Shown here piece by piece: positions 1 to 8,853 of a DNA stretch of 64,000 bases; position 1 is the stretch's first letter; the number at the start of each line of letters is the position of its first letter. This stretch comes from Candidatus Zhuqueibacterota bacterium (GTDB lineage Bacteria; Zhuqueibacterota; Zhuqueibacteria; Oceanimicrobiales; Oceanimicrobiaceae): the NCBI GenBank assembly GCA_029262005.1, contig JAJDAG010000199.1, forward strand, positions 9,531-73,530, written 5' to 3'. Under the pieces are notes generated by a model, which ran no database searches, was not told where the DNA came from, and was given only the letters and a program-made list of their open reading frames with translations. The position numbers and the translations under genes were made by a program.

Positions 1-1
1 G

Positions 2-2584
2 GATTCAACTATAAACTCGGCGCACACTATCGCTGCGGCGGATCTGAATGGGGACGGTTTGATGGATGTGTTTGGCGCAGGCGGCGGCAAGACAAATATT
101 TGGCGAAATGATGGTAATCTCGACTTTACACGCAAAACACTTGGCTCTGGTGGGGGCTTTGGCGTCTTTGCAGAAGATCTGAATGGCGATGGCCTGCTCG
201 ATGTTATTCGCACGGAGCGCAACGGCGATCTGGACTGGTTTCGCAACAAAGGTAGTTCTTCCTTTACAGCAGAGAATATCATTGCGGCAAATATCGGAGA
301 ATCGTGGTCCATGGCCATGGGTGACTTTGACGCCGATGGCGACAATGATCTCGTGGCTGCCGGGTATGTTTTTACGCCGAATAAAATCAGTTTGTTTATT
401 AACGACGGCAGCAACAGTTTCAGTGAGCAGGTTTTAGATGACACTTTTTCGCGACCGCGGTGTGTGGCGGTGGCTGACTTTGATGGTGATGGCGATGATG
501 ATATCGCAGCTGTTGTCACCAAAGCCAATAGTATTTATTGGTATGAAGTTGATACGCAGGCAAGTGTGAAAACAATTACAATTACTGCACCAAACGGTGG
601 CGAGTCACTCGCTTATGGTGACACTTCAGGTGTTCAATGGAGTCAAACGGGTAGTATCGCTAACGTGAGAATCGAGTATTCTACAGACAATGGCAGTATT
701 TGGACTGAGCTAACAGCGTCAGTGGCCAACACAGGCAACTATTCCTGGCAAGTACCGAATGTGCAAACAAGTCTTGGCCTGGTGCGCGTAACAGATGTAG
801 CGGATAGTACGGTTGCAGATACCAGCGATGCGGTATTTTCAATAACCGGAAAAGGCGTTACGCTGACGAAACCGAATGGGGGTGAAATCTGGGTAGTCGA
901 AAGCGAAGAAGAAATTACCTGGTCCTCCTACGGTGACATCGTAAATGTAGCGCTTGAGTATTCCACCGATGGCGGTGTCAATTGGACGGCCATTTCCTCA
1001 AGCGTTGTCAACAGCGGCAGTTACACCTGGACTGTTCCGGAGGACACAAGCAGCGACGGGCTGGTTCGTATTTCTGATGCCTCGGACAGTGCGCTGTTTG
1101 ATGTGAGTGATCAGTCTTTTACGATCACCAAAAGCGCATTAACCATCACTTCTCCTAATGGTGGCGAACAATGGCAGGCCGGCACATTTCAATTGATAAC
1201 CTGGAATACAACCGGGGTGGTTCCAATTGTGAAAACGGAATATTCCGCTGATGGCGGTACGAATTGGCAGACAATCGTGGCGCAGACTGCGAACACAGGC
1301 AGTAGCTCCTGGCTTGTACCCGACAACGTGACCCAGCAAGCTCTGGTTCGTGTTACCAACACGGCCGGTAGTCTGCCTTTTGACATAAGCGATGCCTGGT
1401 TTAGTATTTTGCCTGAAGCAGCATTAACTTTGACTTCACCCAACGGCGGTGAAAATTTACAAAGCGGCTCTGCGCATGCTATTACGTGGACCGGACCGGC
1501 AAGCATATTTTCAATAATAATTGAGTTTTCCCCTGATGGTGGGGATAGCTGGCAAACCATTGCAAACGACGCAGCAAATGATGGTTCATACGACTGGTTG
1601 GTTCCGGTCGGGGAGACGACCAACGCTTATATTCGTATTTCAGATGCAGCGGATGGCACCCCATCCGACATGAGCGATGCCGGTTTTAGTATATTGCCAG
1701 CCGCCGCGGTCTCTGTGATTTCTCCCAACGGCGGCGAACAATGGCTGGCCGGCGATGCTCACGATATTATCTGGAATTCTTCAGGAACTGTCGGAGTGTT
1801 GAAAATAGACTATTCGCTTGATGCCGGCACGACATGGTTCAATCTTGTTTCTGAAACCGAAAACAACGGCACTTACGCCTGGACAGTACCAAACGTCAGT
1901 TCGGAGCAAGCGCTGGTGCGTATTACTGACAGCAACAACAGTGCAGTTTCAGATGTAAGTGATACATTGTTTACCATCGTCACTGCCGGTTTAACGGTTG
2001 TGCAGCCAAATGGCGGTGACACGCTTTATGCGGGCAGCACATTTGATGTGACCTGGTCTTCAACTGGTTCGGTTTCTGATATTAAAATTGAAATGAGTAT
2101 CAATGGTGCTGCCTGGGAGTTGATCACTGCTGCGACTCCCAATGACGGCAGTTACCTCTGGGAGGTGCCGGCGTTAAATTTCACTCAAGTTCTGCTTAAA
2201 ATTTCAGAAGCCGACGATGGCACACCTGCTGATGTCAGCGATGCCGTTTTCACCATTACGACCGATCCTGTTGATGTCAGGCACGATCCAACCGAACAAC
2301 TACCAACAGATTTCGTTTTGCAGCAGAATTTTCCGAATCCGTTTAACCTAGGTACGAAGATCAATTTTTCCGTGCCGAGAACGTTGCCGGTTACACTAAA
2401 CCTGTTTAATCTTCAGGGTGAAATTATTACAACGCTCTTTTCCGGGGAGTTGGTTCGTGGCAGCTATTCTGCATTTTGGGATGGGAAAGACGCTGCCGGC
2501 AAAGTCATGACGTCCGGTTTGTACGTGTATTCCATTCGCATCGGCACCTGGCAGGCTGCGCGAAAATTAATGTTGGTAAAGTAA
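2..2584 (+). CDS. T9SS-sorted cell-surface protein (5'-partial): FG-GAP/VCBS repeats, six tandem ~88-aa Ig-like repeats, type-A T9SS C-terminal sorting domain
   Basis: The frame is open from nt 2: the upstream translation ...AAADLNGDGLMDV is itself an FG-GAP motif, so the gene continues beyond the window start. N-terminal DxDGDGxxD repeats. Six repeats of I/LTSPNGGExW..G....ITW....G....IEYS.DGG..W..I.....N.GSY.W.VP. The C-terminus FPNPFN...LFNLQGEII...GSYSAFWDGKDAAGKVMTSGLYVY matches the Por_Secre_tail (TIGR04183) pattern. Confidence 0.7.
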   Translation, partial: DSTINSAHTIAAADLNGDGLMDVFGAGGGKTNIWRNDGNLDFTRKTLGSGGGFGVFAEDLNGDGLLDVIRTERNGDLDWFRNKGSSSFTAENIIAANIGESWSMAMGDFDADGDNDLVAAGYVFTPNKISLFINDGSNSFSEQVLDDTFSRPRCVAVADFDGDGDDDIAAVVTKANSIYWYEVDTQASVKTITITAPNGGESLAYGDTSGVQWSQTGSIANVRIEYSTDNGSIWTELTASVANTGNYSWQVPNVQTSLGLVRVTDVADSTVADTSDAVFSITGKGVTLTKPNGGEIWVVESEEEITWSSYGDIVNVALEYSTDGGVNWTAISSSVVNSGSYTWTVPEDTSSDGLVRISDASDSALFDVSDQSFTITKSALTITSPNGGEQWQAGTFQLITWNTTGVVPIVKTEYSADGGTNWQTIVAQTANTGSSSWLVPDNVTQQALVRVTNTAGSLPFDISDAWFSILPEAALTLTSPNGGENLQSGSAHAITWTGPASIFSIIIEFSPDGGDSWQTIANDAANDGSYDWLVPVGETTNAYIRISDAADGTPSDMSDAGFSILPAAAVSVISPNGGEQWLAGDAHDIIWNSSGTVGVLKIDYSLDAGTTWFNLVSETENNGTYAWTVPNVSSEQALVRITDSNNSAVSDVSDTLFTIVTAGLTVVQPNGGDTLYAGSTFDVTWSSTGSVSDIKIEMSINGAAWELITAATPNDGSYLWEVPALNFTQVLLKISEADDGTPADVSDAVFTITTDPVDVRHDPTEQLPTDFVLQQNFPNPFNLGTKINFSVPRTLPVTLNLFNLQGEIITTLFSGELVRGSYSAFWDGKDAAGKVMTSGLYVYSIRIGTWQAARKLMLVK

Positions 2585-2743
2585 CGTTTGTTGAGCTTGG
2601 ATGGATTAATTTTCCCGACACCTGGGTATAGGCTAAAAACGCTACCTGTTATCTAAGACAGAAAGACCCGGGTCAGATATGTGGTTTACTGTGAATTGGT
2701 GCACACTCCCAGCAAATCGGCTGCCTCCTCAGCTACGTTATTT

Positions 2744-2941
2744 TCAATGATTCTGAAACGGGTCAAAGCCATAGCCTGTGCCGCAGCCAACATCGAGAAC
2801 GGTTTTGTTTTCCACAAATGTGCTGGCATATTCATATGCAAACCGATGCCGCGAATAAACAAGGCTGAGTTCACCGTCTTCGGTAGGGATGATTCTTTCT
2901 CCGGTGTCTTTGAGTTGAGGTTGGTTTTCTTGCATTATCAT
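2744..2941 (-). pseudogene. N-terminal fragment of a class I SAM-dependent methyltransferase (truncated after ~65 aa)
   Basis: The 65-aa ORF ends in ...KTVLDVGCGTGYGFDPF. VLDVGCGTGY is the glycine-rich SAM-binding motif I of Rossmann methyltransferases. The ORF stops immediately after it, and the remaining fold has no space before the neighbouring gene. Confidence 0.35.
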
Positions 2942-3094
2942 ATCTCCACATGAAGCGCCAGATAAAAAAACAAGTTGCGAAATGATGCATTAACATGTTC
3001 ACAGAGTTTCGTTTTTCTCTTCTAGGTGAACAGGTATATCCAGTTTTTTTAGCTAATTGGGAAGCAGGGCAAATGACTAATAAGCAAATTGTCG

Positions 3095-5419
3095 TTAAGC
3101 CCGCAACTCCGCCAGTTTTTGTTTTGCTTTTGTAGGTAATTCAGCTCCGGGATCCGCATCCTTCCACACATCCAGAGCGCGGGTTAAATGCTCAATCGCT
3201 TTTTCGCGTTTGTTCATTTCAAGTAACACCAATGCCATTTCATAATGGGCGTTGGGATTGTAAGGATACATTTCCAGCGTTTTCTGTAAATGTTCTTCGG
3301 CTTTGTCAAGATTGCCTAAAAAGCGGTGGCATCTGCCGATGAGAATATGAATGGACATATCAATTGGTTTGGCTTTTTGATACTTTTCATAGCTTTGCAG
3401 CGCCAATTCGTAGTTGCCTTTCAGTTCCTGCAATTCTCCTCCAGGATAATATTCGACATAAGCCCGGAGATCCTCACGTTCGAACATTTTGAAGGTCCTC
3501 TCGATTCTGGTGAAGATGCTGGTCGCCTTTTCAGTGTTTTTGTTCTGAATGGCCATCCAGAGTGTGCCAACGTCTTTTGCCATTTGGTCAAACGGCGGGG
3601 AAATTTCTTTGGGAGCATTAATAACGATCTTTTCAGCCAACTCTGCTTCGCCGGCTTTTATATATAGAGAAATATTGCCCAGGTTTTGAAAAACCAATTC
3701 AATCGGTTGATCATATCGTTTTTGCTCTGCAAGCCCTCTTTTGAAGTATTGCAACGCTCGTTTATATTGGCCGCGCTGCTCATAGAAACTTCGCATGGTG
3801 TAGTAAAGCCCTGCTCTCCGTTTCGGGTCTTTATAGGTTTTTAACAGCCTTTTAAATGCCTCATCGGCTCCTGCAAAATCGCCCATTCTGGCGTCCAGGA
3901 TTGCCAGGGCAAGCGCTGCGCTGCTTTCTTCATCACCCAGAAACAGCGCTTTTTCATAATTTTGGCGGGCGTTTTCGTATTTTCCCATAGTCTTGTAAAG
4001 GTTGGCGATTGCAATGAACGCGCTTTCCTCCTTGGGAAATTTTTCAGCATAGCGTTGGTACCAATTGAGCGCTTTTTCAAGTTCTCCCTGCTCGTGATAA
4101 AGGCCCCCTATTCTCTGTATCAGCTCTGATTGATCCGGATCCTGTTCAAGGATTTTTGTGTACTGTTCAATGGCTTTGTCTATCATTTTTCGTTGGCGGT
4201 AATCCCAAGCCAGGTGATAACGTGCCTTGGTATCGTCTGGATAAAGCTCACTCCACATTTTATCAACGGCCAGCACTTTGTCCATCCGCTTGTCCAGAAA
4301 GTATAACATCCGCTTGATCATAAACTTGTCCCGATCCTGGAGCTTGTAGCTGTGTTTGAGGGCATTCTGTAAAGATTCTGACAACATTTCCGGCAGGTTA
4401 TTTGAAAAAGTAGTGTTGCCGAGCCAGAGGTTTGCATAGGCAAACGATGGATCAATTTTGGTAGCCTGCAAGAGCGCCGGAATGGCCTTGTCATAATTAT
4501 TGTCAAACATGAGTGCATTTCTACCTAGAACATAGGTCTTAAAAGCTTCGATATAAGTCGTGGTAATTTCAGAAACCGGTAGGTCTTTGGTGCCCTCAAT
4601 TCGATTTCGCGGGATTTTTAAATCATGCTTGATTTGACGGGTGATTTCATCCACAAGATTAAAAATACTGCTATTGGAAAAAGACTGCTCAGCAATTTTT
4701 CGAGTATGTTCAGTTTCATAAATTAAGATAGAAGCTGTGTAATCGCTATCTTTTTTGTCAAAAGAGCCGGAAATGAAATAAGGGTAATGATATTCCTCTG
4801 TTATTTTTTTCATCAAAGTTAGAGGCAGTCGAACGCCGTCGTCAAATCCTGCTTCTTTCATTTTACGATAAAAGCCATGGTGATTGCCGTGGAAACCTGT
4901 CAGTGTGCTCAGGAAAATATCCTGCGACAAATCAATGGAAATCATTTCCGTTAAGCCGTACTGCAACCAGTTCTGGGTTGTGTCCGCCGATTCGTTGGCA
5001 AAGAAAAAAATCGCCACATTTTTACGGAAGGCATTTTTGGCGACAGCCCGCTCAATTTGATTTCCGTCTTCATCCTGAACGATTATTGTTGTTGCGGTGG
5101 CGCCAAGCTCCTGGCCCTGGAACAGAAAAAATAAGAGGGCGGCCGAAAATAACAAATTAGCTGGAATGCAGATGCGCTCGACTCGGGTCCATCTGTCGCG
5201 ACCGGGTTGGCCGTGATAGTAGGCAAGCATAAACGCCGTTGGAATGAGCGAAACCAATATGACAAATGAGAAAACAGCGAGGTTGGGCGACAAGCCAAAA
5301 CGGTTGGCTGTCCATTCAATAAACTGGATAATTCCCCAGCTTGCTCCTAAATAAAGCCCCATAATTTGCGGAACACGATGGTTGAGCAAATTTTGCAAAA
5401 AGGGTGTCGCTGGCGGCAT
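3095..5419 (-). CDS. membrane-anchored TPR-repeat protein with a ~400-aa N-terminal domain of unknown function
   Basis: Two N-terminal hydrophobic helices. The C-terminal ~350 aa are a run of 34-aa TPR-like repeats (W-LG-Y...A...F..AL pattern, e.g. ALNWYQRYAEKFP, YENARQNYEKAL). Confidence 0.6.
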   Translation of the reverse strand: MPPATPFLQNLLNHRVPQIMGLYLGASWGIIQFIEWTANRFGLSPNLAVFSFVILVSLIPTAFMLAYYHGQPGRDRWTRVERICIPANLLFSAALLFFLFQGQELGATATTIIVQDEDGNQIERAVAKNAFRKNVAIFFFANESADTTQNWLQYGLTEMISIDLSQDIFLSTLTGFHGNHHGFYRKMKEAGFDDGVRLPLTLMKKITEEYHYPYFISGSFDKKDSDYTASILIYETEHTRKIAEQSFSNSSIFNLVDEITRQIKHDLKIPRNRIEGTKDLPVSEITTTYIEAFKTYVLGRNALMFDNNYDKAIPALLQATKIDPSFAYANLWLGNTTFSNNLPEMLSESLQNALKHSYKLQDRDKFMIKRMLYFLDKRMDKVLAVDKMWSELYPDDTKARYHLAWDYRQRKMIDKAIEQYTKILEQDPDQSELIQRIGGLYHEQGELEKALNWYQRYAEKFPKEESAFIAIANLYKTMGKYENARQNYEKALFLGDEESSAALALAILDARMGDFAGADEAFKRLLKTYKDPKRRAGLYYTMRSFYEQRGQYKRALQYFKRGLAEQKRYDQPIELVFQNLGNISLYIKAGEAELAEKIVINAPKEISPPFDQMAKDVGTLWMAIQNKNTEKATSIFTRIERTFKMFEREDLRAYVEYYPGGELQELKGNYELALQSYEKYQKAKPIDMSIHILIGRCHRFLGNLDKAEEHLQKTLEMYPYNPNAHYEMALVLLEMNKREKAIEHLTRALDVWKDADPGAELPTKAKQKLAELRA

Positions 5420-5573
5420 GTTTTCCTCCCGGGTTTAAATAATGAGATTAAATTAATACAGAAACAAACTAAAAGTCAATGGTAATTTTGGGTAAAGGTT
5501 GACAATGGTGCTCAAAAGTTTTAATTATGCGTTGCTCAATTTTTTAGATTTGCAAAAGGAGTAACATAAAAAC

Positions 5574-5654
5574 ATGCCAATTGGCTTGCTGTTTCAAGCA
5601 GTGGTATTGTATTGTCTCGGATTTTACAAAACGACTTTTAAGGTGAGTGACTAA
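5574..5654 (+). CDS. candidate 26-aa hydrophobic micro-ORF (MPIGLLFQAVVLYCLGFYKTTFKVSD), translationally coupled to the DUF971 gene
   Basis: ATG at 5574 lies downstream of an AAAGGAG Shine-Dalgarno-like motif. The stop TAA overlaps the ATG of the next gene as TAATG at 5652-5656. It is below the 60-aa cutoff of the ORF track. Confidence 0.2.
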   Translation: MPIGLLFQAVVLYCLGFYKTTFKVSD

Positions 5655-5983
5655 TGGACAAACGTCTTTACGCCAAAGAAATTACTGTGGAAACAGAAGC
5701 ACAAACTTTAACAATTAACTGGGCTGACGAACACACATCAGTTTACGGTTTAGATGGTTTGCGGCGTGCCTGCCCGTGTGTGGAATGTGCCGGCGGCCAC
5801 GCACATATGAATCAACCTGCAGACCCGGCTGTGTTTAAAGAAAAACCGACCCGCACCTGGCAAGTCACTCAGTTGATTGAAGTCGGTAACTACGCGATGC
5901 AGATTGTTTGGGGTGACGGACATGACTCGGGCATTTACCGTTGGGAATATTTGCGCCAACTTTGCCCGGTTGAAAACGGCTGA
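5654..5983 (+). CDS. DUF971 (gamma-butyrobetaine-hydroxylase-like N-terminal domain) protein
   Basis: WADEHTSVYGLDGLRRACPCVEC...VWGDGHDSGIYRWEYLRQLCP is the W.DGH.S.Y....LR..CPC..C signature of Pfam DUF971/GBBH-like_N. Recognition is from memory. Confidence 0.65.
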   Translation: MDKRLYAKEITVETEAQTLTINWADEHTSVYGLDGLRRACPCVECAGGHAHMNQPADPAVFKEKPTRTWQVTQLIEVGNYAMQIVWGDGHDSGIYRWEYLRQLCPVENG

Positions 5984-6105
5984 TTTTTGTTCCAGTGAAA
6001 ATCGCAGCGCTAAAGCGTTGCACGCCAACATAATAGACTGAGGGGTAATCTGTTCTATGATTGCCTGCTTGGCAAAATCTTCTAAAAGATTCAAAGGAGC
6101 CCGCA

Positions 6106-7083
6106 ATGAAATGCACTGGTAAAATAATTCTTTTTTGGTTAGCTTTCAGCTCTATACTTTTTGCACAAAGTGATATACCCGGCAGCAAAGACCACCCGCT
6201 CATTACGCGCTACCCGGGCATGGTGATCGAGTGGACCGATGTGCAGAATTATGACCAGTACAAAATTGCCACCGGCCCGGTGACAGGTTACCGCCACATT
6301 GACGACTGGTTGCCTGTAGCAGGAAATGTGACTCGAATTTACTATTCCCTGGCCGGGACTCGCAGCGTGACCGAGGTTTATTTTAATTATCTAAAGGCCA
6401 TAAAAAAAGCCGGATTTGAAGTCCTGGCAAAAAGGGTGCACAAGAGCCGGAATGTCTCTAAAGAAATCGGCGGCAGAGGTTGGCTGGGAGTTTATTTTAA
6501 CGAGAATCCTTACCCGACCAGTAAGAGCATTTCATTGTTAGACGGGTCTGCCACAGTTGGCGGATCCTGTTTTTTGGCCGGGAAACTCAGCAGGAAAAGC
6601 GGCACTGTTTTTGTGGCGATTTCCGGCACACAGTACAAAGACGACCGTGTGCTTTTTATGGTGGACATTATCGAGCAGGAGGCTGTGGAGGATGATTTGA
6701 TTTTTGTCGATGCCAATGCCATGTTAAGTGAAATCAAGGCAAATGGCAAAATTGCGCTTTATGGCATTTATTTTGATACCGGCAAGGCAACCCTCAAGCC
6801 GGAATCCAAACCCACACTGGATGAAATTGCGAAACTGCTAAAGCAAAATCCTGAAATCGCCTTACACGTTGTCGGGCATACCGACAGTCAGGGCGGGTTT
6901 GAAATGAATATGCAACTGTCGCGCAACAGGGGCGCCGCAGTGGTAAAATCACTGAAACAGAATTATGGCATCGGCAAAAACCGCCTCGTTGGCCACGGAG
7001 TCGGACCGCTTTGTCCTGCTGCCACAAACAGTAGTGAAAAAGGCCGCAGCAAGAACCGTCGGGTGGAGTTGGTTGTGAAATAG
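6106..7083 (+). CDS. OmpA-family protein (signal peptide, N-terminal domain of unknown function, C-terminal OmpA/MotB peptidoglycan-binding domain)
   Basis: Start moved to the internal ATG at 6106 (MKCTGKIILFWLAFSSILFAQS, a signal peptide) with AAAGGAG 6 nt upstream. The C-terminus FDTGKATLKPESKPTLDEIAKLL...VGHTDSQGG...NMQLSRNRGAAV...RRVELV is a classic OmpA_C domain. Confidence 0.75.
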   Translation: MKCTGKIILFWLAFSSILFAQSDIPGSKDHPLITRYPGMVIEWTDVQNYDQYKIATGPVTGYRHIDDWLPVAGNVTRIYYSLAGTRSVTEVYFNYLKAIKKAGFEVLAKRVHKSRNVSKEIGGRGWLGVYFNENPYPTSKSISLLDGSATVGGSCFLAGKLSRKSGTVFVAISGTQYKDDRVLFMVDIIEQEAVEDDLIFVDANAMLSEIKANGKIALYGIYFDTGKATLKPESKPTLDEIAKLLKQNPEIALHVVGHTDSQGGFEMNMQLSRNRGAAVVKSLKQNYGIGKNRLVGHGVGPLCPAATNSSEKGRSKNRRVELVVK

Positions 7084-7224
7084 ACTGGCGTTATTAGATT
7101 TAGGTCAGTCGTGGCCGGTTTGAATTTCGCAGAAATGAATTTGGACTCGGAAGTACCCATAAACTAGTCATTCCCGCGATCTTTAAGCGGGAATCCGGAA
7201 AAAAGAACAGGTTCGCAAGTTCAA

Positions 7225-7330
7225 TCATATCGTTTCTAACTGCGCATGTATCCTTTCTTAATGCCCATATATCATTTTTAACCGACCATATATCATTTTC
7301 AACTGCCGGTTTACCATTTTTGGCAGATTC
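7225..7330. repeat. array of 4-5 phased ~20-21-nt direct repeats (consensus CATATATCATTTTYAACYG) in a 460-nt intergenic region
   Basis: Copies begin at about 7226 (catatcgtttctaac), 7246 (catgtatcctttcttaa), 7266 (catatatcatttttaacc) and 7287 (catatatcattttcaac), with a degenerate fifth at about 7308. Spacing is close to two helical turns. Confidence 0.4.
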
Positions 7331-7489
7331 GCATTGATTTTTTGCTGCGGGGAGTTGATTCCCGGGTGGTTTACCTGGCTGTAATGCCGAAAATCATGAC
7401 GCTACCGAACACTCACCCAACCCGAACCAACCACAAATATGCCTTTAAATATTCGAAATTAAACATTCGCCATTAACAATTCAAAAGTC

Positions 7490-7518
7490 TTGACAATGAC
7501 GCACGCTTGGCTTAGTTT
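7490..7518 (+). promoter_or_regulatory. sigma70-like promoter candidate (TTGACA-17 nt-TAGTTT) upstream of the GTG-initiated membrane protein gene
   Basis: ttgaca at 7490-7495, a 17-nt spacer, tagttt at 7513-7518. GGAGGG ribosome-binding site at 7529-7534 and GTG start at 7543. Confidence 0.3.
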
Positions 7519-7542
7519 CAGCCTAATCGGAGGGAAAGCCTG

Positions 7543-8703
7543 GTGTCACAATTTCAACTCACATTTTTTTTCGTTATTAGCCCCACTGTAGTGCTTTTGC
7601 TCTGCAGGAAGTTCCAACCGTTGAATAAGTTAGGTGCGGTCATCATTTGCTATGGCATCGGTATCGCCCTGGGTAATTCAGATCTGCTCGTGGACGGCAG
7701 TTTCAGCTTGCAGGAAAAAATCGCGGAAATTTCGGTTGCGCTGGCCATGCCGCTTTTGTTGTTTTCACTCGATATTAAAAAGTGGGTCACGCACGCAGGC
7801 CCGGCGCTAATCTCCATGGGACTCGCGACATTCTCGGTTGTGGTGGTGACAACCCTGGCCTTTTTCAGCATTCAGGGCCGGGTGCCGAACGATTGGCACT
7901 TGGTGGGAATGGCCGTCGGCGTTTACACCGGCGGCACACCCAACGTGGCAGCCATCAAATCAGCGCTGCAAGTCGATACCACTACATTTCTTGTTTTCCA
8001 CACTTATGACACGCTTATTTCCGCCTTGTACATCGTTTTTTTTCTCACGGTGGCTCAAAAGGTGTTCAACCGATTTCTGCCCAAATATAATTGGGCAAAA
8101 AAAGCCGATGGTGCAGATGGCATTGCACCGGTTCATTCGGAAGAAATAGATTCTTACGCGGGAATGTTGGAGAAAAAAACCATGTTCGGCCTGGCAAAGG
8201 CCATGCTGCTTTCGTTGGCTATCGGCGTGCTTGCAGTGGGCATTGGCGAGATGGTGCCGGAAGCGGTCGCAGCCTCCGTGATCGTTATTTCTCTGACCAG
8301 TTTGGGTATTGGCTTTTCCTTTGTGCCGGCTGTGCGCGATATTAAAAAGACCTTCCAGTTAGGCATGTATTACATATTGATTTTTTGTATCGTTGTCGGT
8401 TCCATGGCAAATGTACGAAAACTCATGGCCCCGAATTATCCGGTACTTTTTTTCATAGTGACTGTGATTTTCGGTTCCGTGCTGCTGCATGCGCTTTTGT
8501 GCCGTTTGGCCAAAATCGACACAGACACGTTTTTGATTACATCCACAGCCGCAATTTGCTCGCCACCGTTTGTGCCGGCCGTGGCCGGCGCGCTTAAGAA
8601 CAAAGAAGTCTTGCTTTCCGGAATCACGACCGGAATCATTGGTTATGCGGTCGGCAATTATCTTGGTATCAGTTTGGCGCACGCGGTAAACAGGCTGTTT
8701 TAA
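7543..8703 (+). CDS. polytopic inner-membrane protein, possibly DUF819/YjcL-like
   Basis: About 10-12 hydrophobic helices across the whole length with no soluble domain. The N-terminus LGAVIICYGIGIALGN resembles the start of the DUF819 family. This is a weak recollection. Confidence 0.4.
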   Translation: MSQFQLTFFFVISPTVVLLLCRKFQPLNKLGAVIICYGIGIALGNSDLLVDGSFSLQEKIAEISVALAMPLLLFSLDIKKWVTHAGPALISMGLATFSVVVVTTLAFFSIQGRVPNDWHLVGMAVGVYTGGTPNVAAIKSALQVDTTTFLVFHTYDTLISALYIVFFLTVAQKVFNRFLPKYNWAKKADGADGIAPVHSEEIDSYAGMLEKKTMFGLAKAMLLSLAIGVLAVGIGEMVPEAVAASVIVISLTSLGIGFSFVPAVRDIKKTFQLGMYYILIFCIVVGSMANVRKLMAPNYPVLFFIVTVIFGSVLLHALLCRLAKIDTDTFLITSTAAICSPPFVPAVAGALKNKEVLLSGITTGIIGYAVGNYLGISLAHAVNRLF

Positions 8704-8756
8704 AGCTGTTGGCAAATGCAAAGGAGGTACAGAAGTTTGGGAAAAAACATCCCCCT

Positions 8757-8784
8757 AAATCCCCCTTCAAAGGGGGATTTTATA
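8757..8784 (+). terminator. rho-independent terminator (perfect 9-bp GC-rich hairpin plus T tract)
   Basis: aaatccccc-ttcaa-agggggattt followed by tta, 54 nt after the stop at 8703. Confidence 0.55.
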
Positions 8785-8853
8785 GCGGCTACCGACACAA
8801 AACAGTATAGAGTCGCTTTATTTCTAAAAGCCAAGTAATTACGAAACAGGAGA

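Noticed and set aside
1189-1623. 144-aa minus-strand ORF inside the repeat region of the first gene
   Set aside because: It is antisense to the highly structured Ig-repeat coding sequence, and no independent signal supports it.
2681-2953. 90-aa + strand ORF in the spacer after the first gene
   Set aside because: It overlaps the minus-strand methyltransferase fragment, which carries a recognisable SAM-binding motif. The + strand ORF has no motif and no ribosome-binding site.
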